Shown here piece after piece: positions 1-12,762 of a stretch of DNA of 64,000 nucleotides. Below the pieces are notes generated by a model. The model saw only the letters and a program-made list of their open reading frames with translations. It was not told the origin of the DNA and did no database searches. Positions within the stretch are counted from its first letter, which is position 1, and every line of letters begins with the position of its first letter. A program made the position numbers and the translations under genes. Source of the DNA: Octopus vulgaris (Eukaryota); assembly GCA_951406725.2 (NCBI GenBank), contig OX597815.1, forward strand, positions 140,740,001-140,804,000, in the 5' to 3' direction.

Positions 1-570
1 GTCACTACATACACTAGAAATGTAAGCATTTAAAACAGAGAAAGCAACAGCATAAAACATTAAATTTAAAAAATAAATAAATATAATGCTATCAATCTCG
101 ACACCTATATAACGCGCCGAATAAAATAAAATCACTTCCGATGTAACTTTCGTCTCCACACATAATTATCACACATCAGTTGGTATATAATTCCCTAAAG
201 CTCATCTGGCTGCCTGGTCATCACTATAAAATCACTCTCACATCACCGAATTAAACTTTCACGAACTTCCAAAATGCCCAACGGAACAATCATCGAGTTA
301 TGCTCAACAATATAATTATTGACACTTCTTTGAAAAACATATCAGTAGGCAAGGTATAAAGCATAACGTGAATTACATAAGTGACAATGGCGACCGGATA
401 GAAAATAGAAACAACTGGTAATACACTACTCACACATTTATACCATAGCATAAACCCCCTAGTTAGCAGTAAAATGCCATTCGAAATAAGTAGGAGTGCA
501 ATTAAATCTCTCAGTAGCCACACCACGATAAGTCTGATAGTAAGTCTACATGATATAATCATATACCAAA

Positions 571-772
571 GGCAACGAGCGGGTAGAATCGTTCGTATAC
601 TAGACGAAATACCACTAAAAACTTCGTCTGTATGTACGTGCTGAGTTTCGAATTCCGTGGAAATCAACTTTGACTTATATCCTTCTGGGGTCGATAAAAT
701 AAGTACCAGTTGAACGCTGGGGTGGGTTTCTGTAATCAAAATTGCTGGTCTGTGTCAAAACTGGAAACCAAT
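571..772 (+). mobile_element. tRNA-derived SINE family A, diverged copy
   Basis: Head GGCAACGAGCGGGTAGAATCGTT and central box CCTTCTGGGGTCGATAAAATAAGTACCAG, shared with copies at 3071, 9531, 10038, 19753, 42941 and 59320. Confidence 0.7.
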
Positions 773-1089
773 ATAATTGTACAAAGAAACAATATTCAGA
801 AAATGTTGTTGTTAAATTCAGTTTCTAGAAAAAACCCAAAGAAAGTAGAAAACTAACCGTAAAAAAACACACGCTGTAATTAAGCTGTTTTAATTCAATA
901 AAGAGCCACAAGAGAAAACCTAAGAGTATAAAAAAAGCCTCAGGTTCTGAAAAACATCATATGCGTTCAACTGAGACTGCAAGTAATTGTTGTACAGGTC
1001 AATATACTAAACGCTTTGTGTGAAGCCTGCAAATTCCGAAATTAACAAAATGAGGAAGTTTTATAACAACTCCAAATTAAAAAAATCCT

Positions 1090-1345
1090 GAATAAGCATA
1101 ATTAAAAGGTATAGCACTTTCACTAAAGACCTCAAAATCGTGCGACCCGACCTGGCTTTCGAGGTTCATTTGGTAGTAAAAAAAACAGTTGTGCAAAACA
1201 ACATACATTATTTGGTAGCCAAAAGTTTACTGAATGTTTTGATACCTGATACGTCAAAATTGACAACTCAGTTTTCGAATCCATAAGGAACATACGCATC
1301 ACGTACGCACGCAGACACACTCTCTCTGCTTTATGTATATATATA
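1090..1345 (-). mobile_element. Non-autonomous Helitron 5' fragment (same family as 54183-55573)
   Basis: 1135-1300 aligns by eye with 55380-55520 (GTAGTAAAAAA..GTTGTGC..TTTGGTARCCRAAAG.TTACTGAAT..TTGATACCT..ATAAGGAAC). The minus strand starts with a TATATATACATAAAGCAGAG head. Confidence 0.5.
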
Positions 1346-1457
1346 AATATATATTGATAAATATGGTAAGACAACAAAAGAAAGAAAGAGACCTCGATAT
1401 TATGTAAATAGAGGAATTTATCTGTAAACGTAATATGTGACAATTATTCATAGCCAC

Positions 1458-1518
1458 GATAAAACTCCGAGTTTCGGATGCCGAGGTGGAAATCCACCCC
1501 GCCATCTCCTCAGTTATC
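1458..1518 (-). ncRNA. Type I hammerhead ribozyme motif, intact core, in a PLE-like repeat (about 1360-1525)
   Basis: Minus strand GATAA-CTGAGGA-GATGGCGGGGTGGA-TT-TCCACCTCGGCATC-C-GAA-ACTCGGAGT-T-TTATC. Stem I GATAA/TTATC, CUGANGA and GAAA cores, long stem II, stem III ACU/AGU, GUU cleavage triplet. Confidence 0.72.
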
Positions 1519-1566
1519 TTGCCATGCGTATGTAAGCGTATATATACGCGTGTGTGTTGTGTATAT

Positions 1567-1570
<4 letters not shown>

Positions 1571-1614
<44 letters not shown>

Positions 1615-1624
1615 TGTGTATTGT

Positions 1625-1688
<64 letters not shown>
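1571..1688. repeat. Two (TA)n microsatellites
   Basis: Read directly. (TA)n tracts recur throughout the window (e.g. 2401, 3541, 4405, 10990-11120, 33802, 35731, 42010, 49692, 51520, 58451, 61740). Confidence 0.97.
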
Positions 1689-1693
<5 letters not shown>

Positions 1694-2395
1694 ACACAAC
1701 ACACACACAACTTTAAAATTGGAGTTGTGAATAATTAACAAAAATGTCCGACATTAGCTTTAGAATACAACCTCGACCAATCGACCAAGATGCCGTGTGT
1801 TATTTTGGTGGTTGGACATAATAAGTTGTAGTCTGAGTTCTCATTTAGAACATAAAGTGCTAAAATAAGAGTAATATGTTTACTAATCACTAGCAAACCG
1901 ATTTACTTTTCATATCCAGGAAGAAAGCTTGAATCATCGCGTCAAACGAGAAACTAAGACTACCAGCCAACGAGTCACACTTGGTTCCAATAAATACACA
2001 ATACAACAACGATTGACTACAGTTCTTTTATTTTCTTGCGACATATGTACTTTCGTGCTTGTATACGTTCCTTTTACACATACATACGCATGCATTATCT
2101 GTGTGTGCAACTGGGTGCTTTATTCGAAAGTATTAGTATAGTAGACTATTTTACAATTAATTCATATCTATTGTTAACTAAACTGACATTAGATTCGAAT
2201 CAAAACACGAACTTTTGTCTGAGAGTTTCGATTCCTATGTAAAGGTCAAACGTAAGTTATTTATATGAAGTTTACTTTTTCTAAAGTTATTGAAACGTAT
2301 TGTAAGATACAGTATATTACAGAGTTTTTCGTGTGTGTTTTTCTTCGCTGATATTTATCTCCTTTTATCACATCTGTTCAATACCCACATTAGTG

Positions 2396-2451
<56 letters not shown>

Positions 2452-2789
2452 ATGTATGTATAAAATATTTATATGGAATACGTTAGGTGTATAAGAAAAT
2501 AAGTAAAATATTGGAAAACATAAAGCGTACTGTTAACGTGTATATCCATGTATAAATATTTATGTATAACTGGTGAATTGCAAATATAACCTCCATGGAC
2601 GTTGTCATAATATATCTTTCTTATGGGCTCTTCATTTTTATCACTCCTTTCTTTCTTTCTTTTTTCGATTCTCTTCTCTCTTTCACTCTTACTCCTCCTG
2701 CTCGTCATCATCATCATCATCATCGTCGTCGTCGTGGTCGGCATCGTCAACGTCGTCGTTGTCGTCATCATCATCATCATCATCCACTT

Positions 2790-3068
<279 letters not shown>

Positions 3069-3070
3069 TA

Positions 3071-3276
3071 AGGCGGTCAGCTGGCAGAATCGGTAAAACG
3101 CTCGATGAAATGCTTAGCGTTATTTCATCCGTCGCTATTTTCTGTGTTCAAATTCCGCCGAGGTTGACTTTACCTTTCAGGGTCGATAAAATAAGTAGCA
3201 TTTAAAACACTGGGATCGATGTAACAGACTCATCCCTTTCCCCAAAAATTGCTGCCCTTGTGGCAAAATTCGAAAC

Positions 3277-3372
<96 letters not shown>
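3071..3372 (+). mobile_element. SINE family A with (ATT)n tail
   Basis: AGGCGGTCAGCTGGCAGAATCGG (A-box-like), GTTCAAATTCC (B-box-like), GGTCGATAAAATAAGTA box, (ATT)n tail at 3278-3372. Confidence 0.8.
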
Positions 3373-3539
3373 CATTGTTGTTGTCATCATTGTCATCGTA
3401 GTTGATGGTGTTATTCACAACGTTTCCACTACCTCCATGTTATACTGCATTTATGCTTCCAAAAGTCAAGAGTAGTCATAATTTATGTCCTATTCAGCAG
3501 TAGAATGCAGGCTTCTGTATATCGTTGTTTATGTAGCAG

Positions 3540-3570
<31 letters not shown>

Positions 3571-4225
3571 ATATATATATATATGTAAATGCATACACAT
3601 ATATACGCATACTACATCCCACAAGTCCGGAAATGTAAACACCTACACTAATACATCTAATACATAAACTCACAAAACCATATTAGTTGTCATGCTTAGG
3701 ATTAAGTATAATATTACAAGTTTATGCACTGGTATGAAGATAGAGGTTTAGTGTGTCGTAACTATGGTGTATATGCACATGATGCGAACATGTTGAGTTT
3801 TACAGTCAACTGCATGTAGGATGGTTACATAAAGGTGTTTGGTCCTTGGCGCGAGATAAGAATGGGAATTTATCCATGCCTTTCTATGAGAGCGCGACGG
3901 TGAATTAAACACAAAAGGCAATGCGCCAGCATGCGTGCTTGAAATGTATGTATGTGTGTATGTGTATTTTTATTATGAGAAAATTAATTTTAACATAGGA
4001 TATTATTTCGCAGGTTAATAAATCATGCATAGATAAGTTATTTCATTATATTTCGTAAGTAATAAATTACTTACGTGTCTGCATTAATATATATTCATAT
4101 ACAATTAATGTAGATACCATGCTAGCTGACCAGGTTAAAAGAAATTAATGTTAAAAAATTATCCTTCGACATAACGTATGTGTGTGTGTATTATATATAT
4201 ATATATATATATATGTATAAATATT

Positions 4226-4375
4226 CTTCTTTTCTTTTATTGTTTTATTGCTTAAGTCATTTGACTGGTGCCATGGTGGAGCTCTGCCTTTAGTCAAGAA
4301 ATTCGTCTCCTAGACTTATTCTTTGTGAACACACCAGCATCCGTTGTCAAGCGATGTTGGGGGAAAAAAAGAAAC
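4226..4375 (-). mobile_element. tRNA-derived SINE family B, 3' fragment
   Basis: Reverse complement of the family B 3' part (CATCGCTTGACAACGGATGCTGGTGTG..CAGTCAAATGACT), seen intact at 51355-51770. Confidence 0.7.
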
Positions 4376-4394
4376 AACCCCCCCCCCCACGCAC

Positions 4395-4442
<48 letters not shown>

Positions 4443-4849
4443 ATATATACTTATATACATACATGCTGAAAAGTTTCTGGCTTTAAGAGTATGCGAAAGG
4501 CCTGGTTGGAGGCGTAAACCATCTGAGTTCTTTTACAACGTTTAGAAATACTGAAGGATTGCTGCAATAAGCGTGTGAATCCAAGAGGGGAATGCTTTGA
4601 ATAAAATCATAATTAACCGATCCCTCCTGTATTTTCTTTCACCCCAAACCATGAGCATTTTAGAACCCCCACAGTGTATGTGCATGTATGTGTGTATGTG
4701 TATGTGTGTTTGTGTTTGTGTGTGTTGCATAAGTTAGTTTGGCGGATGTATAAAGCGAACTTATGTGCTTTATGAATTCCTGTGCAAGTGGGGTGTCTTA
4801 ACTTAGAATGGCATATAGTGGATTGCTAAGTGGTGTCGAAGGACACCGT

Positions 4850-5900
4850 TATGTGAATATTACCTACCTTTCGTACATAATTAGCTTAACCTGTAAGGGT
4901 GGAAGGTAAGGCGCTGTTCATTGTGACACAGAGAAGCAAGAGAAGGGAGTGTTAAATAAAACAGATTGAGTGCTTGGAAAAAGCGAGGTCAAAATAGTTA
5001 AAGATGCTACGGTCAGAGAAGGCGGGGATGTGTAACCGGTACTCGATGTTCTCTGATATTATCCGCTAACCTACAACCTGTTTTGTCCGAAATGTAAAGG
5101 GAAGTTATCTGATATATTAGACAACAATGAAATTACTAGTTGTGACAATACGAGTTTGCAGGTAAAATGGTCTGTGGTGAGGAAGGTATACTGACTAGGT
5201 CTAAGGGAGTAGAAATGTTGTAGAAGGTAGGGTATGCAGTAAATGGGTATGGGAGGAGGGGAATTATCCAGGTGAGGTAGTTGGTGGGGTTTCAAGTTCT
5301 ATACACTAAAATGCCCCGGTATGTGAGAGCTGAACTGATGGAGGATAGGGAACATTCTAGGCTATGTTGGAGATGGCAGGGTCTAAGCGATGTCGGAGAC
5401 AATGCAGAATATTGGTTGTTGCATAGTTAAGGAATGATAATGGCAGGTGATCGAGAAAAGAAAACAGTTGAGGGTGCATGATGTTTAAGTGGAGATGTAA
5501 TAAAGATTAAGAGGAAAGCGGGGTCCATTATTGACAATAATTTAAGGTTAACTATGGGTAAACTGCGGAGGTCTGTTGTGATCGTGACTGTAAAGTTGGA
5601 GAAGAAGGTAGAATTCAGTGTAGTGGTTGATGTTGGAAGTAGTGAAGTAAGGATGGGAGTTGGTCGATTTATAGAAATAGGGAAAGAGAGAGAGAGAGAG
5701 AGAGTGAGGCATGTAAGAAAGAAAGAGAAGAGAAAACAGGAGAGATAAAGTAGGAAGCAGAGAGAAGTTTAGAAAGTAAAAGGTGACAGATGTCAACGAA
5801 ACAAACATATGCAGTGGAGATGGTGAAAGTGAACTCGAGTGTTGAAGGAATCCAGTTCAGTATCCTGATAGAGATCACCGATGACATCTTCCATGTAGCT
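4850..5900 (-). mobile_element. Penelope-like retroelement relic (RT C-terminal part plus GIY-YIG endonuclease)
   Basis: Frameshifted minus-strand peptides in PLE order: YMEDVIG (YIDD-like), STLEFTFTIS..VCFVDI, an SLPYSQ-like segment, DHFTC, and an LYIGQTG.RLAD..REH-like motif near 5040-5105. Confidence 0.6.
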
Positions 5901-5903
5901 AAC

Positions 5904-6067
<164 letters not shown>

Positions 6068-6203
6068 ATATCTATGTGTGTGTATGTGAGCACACATGTA
6101 AGTATGCACGTGCTTTTACGCATACATAGAAAGATAGATATACATACATATGCATATATATATATTTACGTATATGTATATATACGTATCTATCTAAATA
6201 TAT

Positions 6204-6246
<43 letters not shown>

Positions 6247-6632
6247 CACGCATATGCACAAACACTTAACACTTTATCCATTTATCCCTCTCTCTCTCTC
6301 TCTGCCTATCTGTTACTGAAAAAGAATTTAGAATTAAATATATTTTAATAAACCCAAGAAAAGAAAATTAATTTTATTTATTGTGGAATAGAAATTTAAT
6401 GCTCAAATAATAATTCAGAATTATATATTCCCTAGAATATACATCATCACATCTCTAATGATATTTCATTCGCATATTTCAATATTTAAGTTGCAAATGT
6501 CAATCTAGCATAGTTTTTTTTTATTATCATGAGCACCACATAACCTATTCCAAAGCATTTTTATTAAATAATGTGTTGCGTTAGTATACGTATATATACA
6601 TATCTATCTATCAATCTATCAATCTATCTGCC

Positions 6633-6665
<33 letters not shown>

Positions 6666-6850
6666 CTATATATTTATATGTATGTATATACATATATACA
6701 CACATATATATATATACATATATATATACACATACATATATATATATACATGTATGTACATATATACGTGTGTATATATACTTACATATATATATGTAAA
6801 TATATATATATATAATATTTTGAACACTATATTTAGTTAATACCCACATA

Positions 6851-6887
<37 letters not shown>

Positions 6888-7770
6888 ACATATATATATA
6901 TATTTCATTTCTGTACATACATATATTTATATATATATATTCTCATATTTTCATGCATATGTGTGTTTGCAAGTACGCGTGCTCATGTACGGATAAATAG
7001 TGATAAGGGGAAAGATGTAAATATCTCCACGCAGAAGTGCGCACACAAGTTTTCCCCACTAAAAAACGAACATACATAATAGTGTATAAATGCATACAAA
7101 CGTGTATATTTATATACACAGAAAAATACACACAAATGTCATTTTGTGTACTGGTATTTCTAAGAAGAAATAGAAGAAAAATGGAAAAACAGAATTAGTC
7201 AGGAAAGTTGGCAAAGTTTATTTTCTTTGAGAAATGGAGAATACGAAGTTTCATTGGTCTGGGCTTACTCTGAGAGTGAAAAAATTATGGCTAAAAACTA
7301 AAGCTGGCAGAAACAGTCAGGGGGAATATGGGATCACCGGGCATGGCTGGATGTGTGAGAGGGTAAGAAACTAAGGATGTGAGGTGACGATGGTGAAGAG
7401 TATAAATATTAGAGAGGAAAATGTATGGACACATCTCTTATATCACAGAAAGCAGTACATTAAGTCGCTTGCGTTAATATACTGTAGGGAGCTTATGTAG
7501 GGTAGTAGATACGAATAGACATATTAAACAACTAAAACAACATATACACGAATAAATATACATATATATGTTTGCTAGCTGTCGACTATAAACTATTAAA
7601 TAATACCCCGCACTTAATAATTCTACTCAGAAAATTTAACTATGAAGCGTAGTACAAAGAATACCTTTCACTTCACATGATCTGAGTCTATTCGTTAAGT
7701 AAATTTTCAGCATCGCAGTTGGTAGAATCATTCGACACTGGCGTAATGATGTGAGTCACAACTTTATCAT

Positions 7771-8132
7771 TCTTTAATCTTTTACTGGTTTCAAACATCA
7801 GACTGCGCTCATGGTGGGGCACCACATTTAAGAATTTATAGTCGAATGAATCGACCCTAGGACTTGTTTTATTCGAAAGCTTAGTAATTACTCTAACCAA
7901 AGAACGTAAAAAACAAAAATTTTCAACTGGTGATGGGGGACAAACACAGACACAAAGACACTCACTCACACACACGCGTACACACATACAACTCCGCCTA
8001 TACACATGCACACACACATATACACACACACAGAAATATATATACAAAACGGGCTTTTGGCTTTTCATCTACAAAATCCACTCACAAGGGCTTTAGGTCT
8101 GTCCAAGGCTATAGTAAAAGACACTTGTCCAA
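7771..8132 (-). mobile_element. SINE family B, diverged, 5'-truncated
   Basis: Reverse complement of GGACAAGTGTCTTTTACTATAGCC..CCTTGTGAGTGGATTT..GTGTCTGTGTTTGTCCCCC..GGGTCGATT..GAAACCAGTAAAAG. Confidence 0.7.
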
Positions 8133-8278
8133 CAGACCACCTTGCTGCGTCCACTAGTCAGTATAGTTTTCGTATCTTTAAAATAGCCTTAATTTAATAT
8201 AGACGCACGCACAAACATACACATTTATATGTATATACACACACGTGGGTGTGTATTTGTGTGCGCGCATGTGTATAT

Positions 8279-8533
8279 GGAGGTGTATGGCCTAGAAATG
8301 GTTAAGGTGTTGCACTCAGGATCGTAGATTGTGGTTTCGATACTTAGACCGGGCAATGCATTCTGTTCTTCAGTAAAACACTTCATTTGATATTGCCCCA
8401 GCCAATCCCGCAGGCAAAAATTGGTAAGTCTGTCACAGTGTGGCATTTCGTCCTGATGGAGAAAATATACGCTATAGAACCTGTGAACAGGCCTTAGGTG
8501 CCCACGTCTCAGGAAAATTGTTGATCTTTTTTT
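8279..8533 (+). mobile_element. tRNA-derived SINE family D
   Basis: Head GGAGGTGTATGGCCTAG..GGTTAAGGTGTTGCACTC..GGTTTCGATAC. Related copy at 39845-39981. Confidence 0.55.
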
Positions 8534-8564
8534 CATTAAATGTATGAGTGAATATACAGTTCTA

Positions 8565-8765
8565 TATTTAAGACATGAGGAATAATGTACATTATTTACA
8601 TTTTGACCGATATTTGTCCTCATCTTGTTTGTTGTTAACACAACGTTTCGGTTGATATACCCTCCAGCCTTCATCAGGTGTCTTGTGGAAATTTCGAACC
8701 TGGGTGCTCATTCCTAAGGTATTTTTCGATGTTGTTATTATTATTATTATTATTGTTGTTGTTGT

Positions 8766-8812
<47 letters not shown>

Positions 8813-8859
8813 TTATTATTATTAATATAATATTATTATTATAATTATTATTATTATTA

Positions 8860-8904
<45 letters not shown>

Positions 8905-8975
8905 TCATTGCCTGGAATCGAACTCGGAATCTTGGGGTTAGTAGCCCGCGCTCTTAACCACTACGCCATTTGCCC
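8565..8975 (-). mobile_element. tRNA-head / (AAT)n / hammerhead short element, copy 1
   Basis: Minus strand: GGGCAAATGGCGTAGTGGTTAAGAGCGCGGGCTACTAACCCCAAGATTCCGAGTTCGATTCC (A and B boxes), microsatellite linker 8730-8900, hammerhead 8637-8682, tail AATGTAAATAATGTAC. Two more copies in the window. Confidence 0.85.
8637..8682 (-). ncRNA. Minimal type I hammerhead ribozyme motif (PLE-type, palindromic stem III)
   Basis: GACAC-CTGATGA-A-GGCTG-GAGGGTATAT-CAACC-GAA-ACGT-T-GTGTT. Stem II has one mismatch here but is GGCTG/CAGCC in the sister copies. Confidence 0.68.
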
Positions 8976-9530
8976 ATGGGCATATAGTAAATTTCCGTAA
9001 AATGTAAGTAATATAAATAATGTATATGAATGAATATATTTATTGCCTATTATCTGTAAGACAATATAAAGGTGTCAAATTCGCAGAGTTGCTCTAGCGT
9101 CGCATGAGATAATTCACAATATGTGTTCATATTCTCTGGTTTTCATCAATTTCGAAAAGATGGAATATGTATTAATCGGGGCTGAAGGATTGATAAAACT
9201 GTTACTTTGTCAGGTAGGATGCATTCTGACATCCGTTCTTACGCTTTGCAAGGTCTCTTACGATTTTACAAATCGTAAGAGAACTTGTTTTCCCCTTGGA
9301 CAAAGACTATGGCATGGAGGAACAAAAGTGAAATAACTCAGCACAACAAGTTAGTTTTACAGTAAAAGAAACCATGCCTGAGTCGGTTCCACTAGTAAAA
9401 CATCTTTTGTTTGCATGTGTATACATATATGTATCATATAAATTGTGTGTTCACAGTCTTTTGTTTCATTGATGTACCGCGGTGTAGTAAATATCTACTG
9501 ATATATTAGTCAATAATTTGTGTTGGTATA

Positions 9531-9740
9531 AGTCGGTGAGCTGGCAGAAGCATTATTGAGACGAGCAAAATGCTTAACGGCATTCGTCCGTGTGTATATT
9601 CTGAGTTCAAATGCCACCGGGGTCGACATTGCTTTTCACCATTTCAAGGTCGATTAAATAAGCACCAGTTGAACACTGGTGTCGGTGTAATCGACTTATC
9701 TCTTCCCACGGTATTGCTGACATTGTGCTAGAATTTGAAA
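9531..9740 (+). mobile_element. SINE family A with 16-bp target-site duplication
   Basis: Full head and body. TCAATAATTTGTGTTG occurs at both 9510-9525 and 9741-9756. Confidence 0.85.
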
Positions 9741-9913
9741 TCAATAATTTGTGTTGCTACGATTGTTAACTATGCGTCTACAATATGTTCGTGAACAGAT
9801 TTGTAAGAACAATGAAACAAAGCGATGTTAATTCTAATTTAATATTCAAATTCACTGTTAAGCAAGTGTTAAATATACAAATTGCGCTATTTAATTTACT
9901 CTAACCGTTAATG

Positions 9914-10045
9914 TTTCTTTCAAATTTTTGCCGCAAGGGTAGATTGGGAAGGTGGGGATGAGTCGATTTTTTCGATCTCAGTGTTAAACTGGTACTTATC
10001 TTATCGACTCCGAAAGGATGAAAAGCAAAGACAACCTTGGCAGAA
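9914..10045 (-). mobile_element. SINE family A, 3' half, inverted and fused to the next copy
   Basis: CTGGTACTTATCTTATCGACTCCGAAAGGATGAAAAGCAAAG is the reverse complement of the family A central box. Confidence 0.75.
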
Positions 10046-10243
10046 ACGTTAGGACGTCGGGCGAAAATCTTAGCGGTATTACGTCTGTCTTTACGTTCTG
10101 AGTTCAAATTCCACCGAGGTCGACTTTGCTTTCATCTTTTCGGGGTCGGTAAATTAAGTACCAGTTGCATTCTGTGGTCGATCTAATCGACTGGCTCTCT
10201 CACCAAAAGTTTCGGGCCTTGTACCTAGAGTAGAAAAGAATAT
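10038..10243 (+). mobile_element. SINE family A, near full length
   Basis: TGGCAGAAACGTTAG..GTTCTGAGTTCAAATTCC..GGGGTCGGTAAATTAAGTACCAG..AGAAAAGAATA. Confidence 0.85.
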
Positions 10244-10828
10244 TAATGAGTATATAAGCAGAAGGTTTCTGGTCCGGTGTGAGTGACACTAAGTTGCTGA
10301 CGACAATTCTAACAAGAGGCGAAACGTATGTGCGTTCATTCATTCCTTATCCACAGATATTTTGTGCACACATTGGTTACAATCGTCATAACATAAAGTG
10401 GTGGCTAATACATCAATAGATGCGATCTATACTACTTTATAGAAACACGCAGAGACACGTATATGTACATATTAAGTACAAATATATGGGTATACATACA
10501 AACTGTAACATACACATGATATTTTAAGTGAATAGCTACGAATGCCAATGCTGACAGTCTGCGTATATTTGTATGTTTTACTGTCTTCTGTATGATTCAG
10601 TAGAGAAAACAGATGATAGAAATAGGTATATCAAGCTTCCTCCCAATAAATTTAATTGACAATATCTCTCCATCATTGATTTTGTTCTATCTAGAGACGT
10701 GCAGCAAAAGTTCCCAACCTCTCTGCTCTATGGAGTTCCTTTTAATCGTAGTGCCACCAGAAATATTTCACAAACGTATACTTATATGCATGCCTACATA
10801 CATACATACACATACATACATACATACA

Positions 10829-10862
<34 letters not shown>

Positions 10863-10999
10863 CACCTACACAAGTATGGATATATATAAACAGATACTTA
10901 TATAATTATATGTATATATATATATATATATACACATTTATCTATGCATGCATATGTATGTATATATACCTATGCATATGTATGTATATATATACATGC

Positions 11000-11050
<51 letters not shown>

Positions 11051-11083
11051 TCTATCTATGCATATATATAAATATATACACGC

Positions 11084-11142
<59 letters not shown>

Positions 11143-11649
11143 GTATATTTGTATATACCTGTGTCTGTGTATGTATTTGTGATTAAAATTTACATATAAG
11201 TAATTTTCTTGCAGACATATAACAACAGGTAAGACATAGCATTGATAAATGTTATTGATAAAATTATATATTTAGCTAGGAAGACTAGTTGGATAAAAGG
11301 AATGTAGGGAGACACAGCTCCTCTGTCTCTAATTATTTTCTTGAGTTTATTATTTCAAGGGAATGAAATTGAAAATAGATTATATTTGCTACTACCAAAT
11401 GGGAAATATCGTGAATACGCATTAAAAATATATGTGCATGCGAAATCACAGGCATATGTGTCCCTATATATAGGCTGGTTGTCTGGAAGGATTGACATTC
11501 TATCGGCCAAATAAGCGTGTATTCCGGCCGCTGTTTGTTGTATGCAGAAATACGCTACTGCGTAGTAACTAGGCATAGTAAGTAGACACTACGAGTTTAA
11601 GCAATAGAGTTGTTAGGCAATAGGTGATAATGAGATAAAGATAGCAGAT

Positions 11650-12120
11650 ATGATAACTTCTTTTTTAAATTTCCGAGTTAAAAATACTACCAATGGTTTT
11701 ATGTAGAAGATGCTTTACAAATTTTCAAGCGTATCATATGCGGATATTGGTACTCATCTCTGTTTTGGATCGTCGTGCATGTATACTCTCATTCACGTAC
11801 TCATAGAATCTTTGTTGAAATCTGTACTTGAAGTACAGAAAAATCGAAAGCTATTAACACGCTTATGGATTGCAACGATGCATCTATGCTTTGGCGGGAT
11901 ACAGTAATCCTGATCACCTAACACTGAAACTGCATACTTTTCTATCACGTGTAAGCTGTACACATAAACATTTTTTTCTACCTTCCTCTTTTCACGCGGG
12001 TTATATTATAATCTTCCGTAATTTTTAATGAGGCACTCGGCACTGATCAGGAACCAATCCACTGTGAATTCCTTGTAGGACTAACAGTGGTGTACTGCTA
12101 TTCATGTGACAATTGGTGCA
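11650..12120 (-). mobile_element. Possible very old PLE RT relic
   Basis: Only weak minus-strand motifs: GS.SVPSA (MGS..AP-like) and FCTSSTDFNK (RA..ICS....F..E-like). Confidence 0.25.
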
Positions 12121-12724
12121 GTCATGGTGCTGCCATGAGACAAAATAACATTATAGAGAAAATATGGCATTCTGACTGAATGACAAACTTCCAATCATTG
12201 AAGCATTTCGTAACTTTACTGATTTATATTTATTGATGTTCAAACATCTTATTAATACTCCAGCTAACTGCATATATTCACATTGAATAATTAGCCCCAC
12301 ACATATATTTGCCGCTCACCATTTTTATTCTAAGTCCCTGCTCAAATTATTTTTTATATATCGTTTCTCTACGTAAGATCATCCCATTTCGATTGCTTTA
12401 TGTTAACCTTTCACTTCATGCATATATAATAATGCGAAACATAAACCAAGCTGCATTCTCATCGGCCTGGAACGACATACAAAAGACAAGACAAAAGCTT
12501 GCTCTTTCAAATATAAAACATAAAGAAAACTACACACCTATATTTATAAAATCAGAAATTATGTACATTATTTACGTTATTTACATTGTTTACATTTGAC
12601 GGATATTTGTCTTCATCTTGTTTGTTGTTATCACAACATTTCGGCTGATATACCCTCCAGCCTTCATCGGGTGTCTTCAGGAAATTTCGAACCTGGGTTC
12701 TCATTTCTAAGGTATTTTTTGATG

Positions 12725-12762
<38 letters not shown>

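Noticed and set aside
290-739. 149-aa hydrophobic ORF
   Set aside because: Starts inside an antisense SINE; the hydrophobicity reflects the T-rich strand; no recognisable motif.
8901-8975. tRNA gene (also 13606-13671, 18930-19009, 36862-36935)
   Set aside because: A and B boxes are present, but there is no proper acceptor stem or terminator, and each continues into a repeated SINE body.
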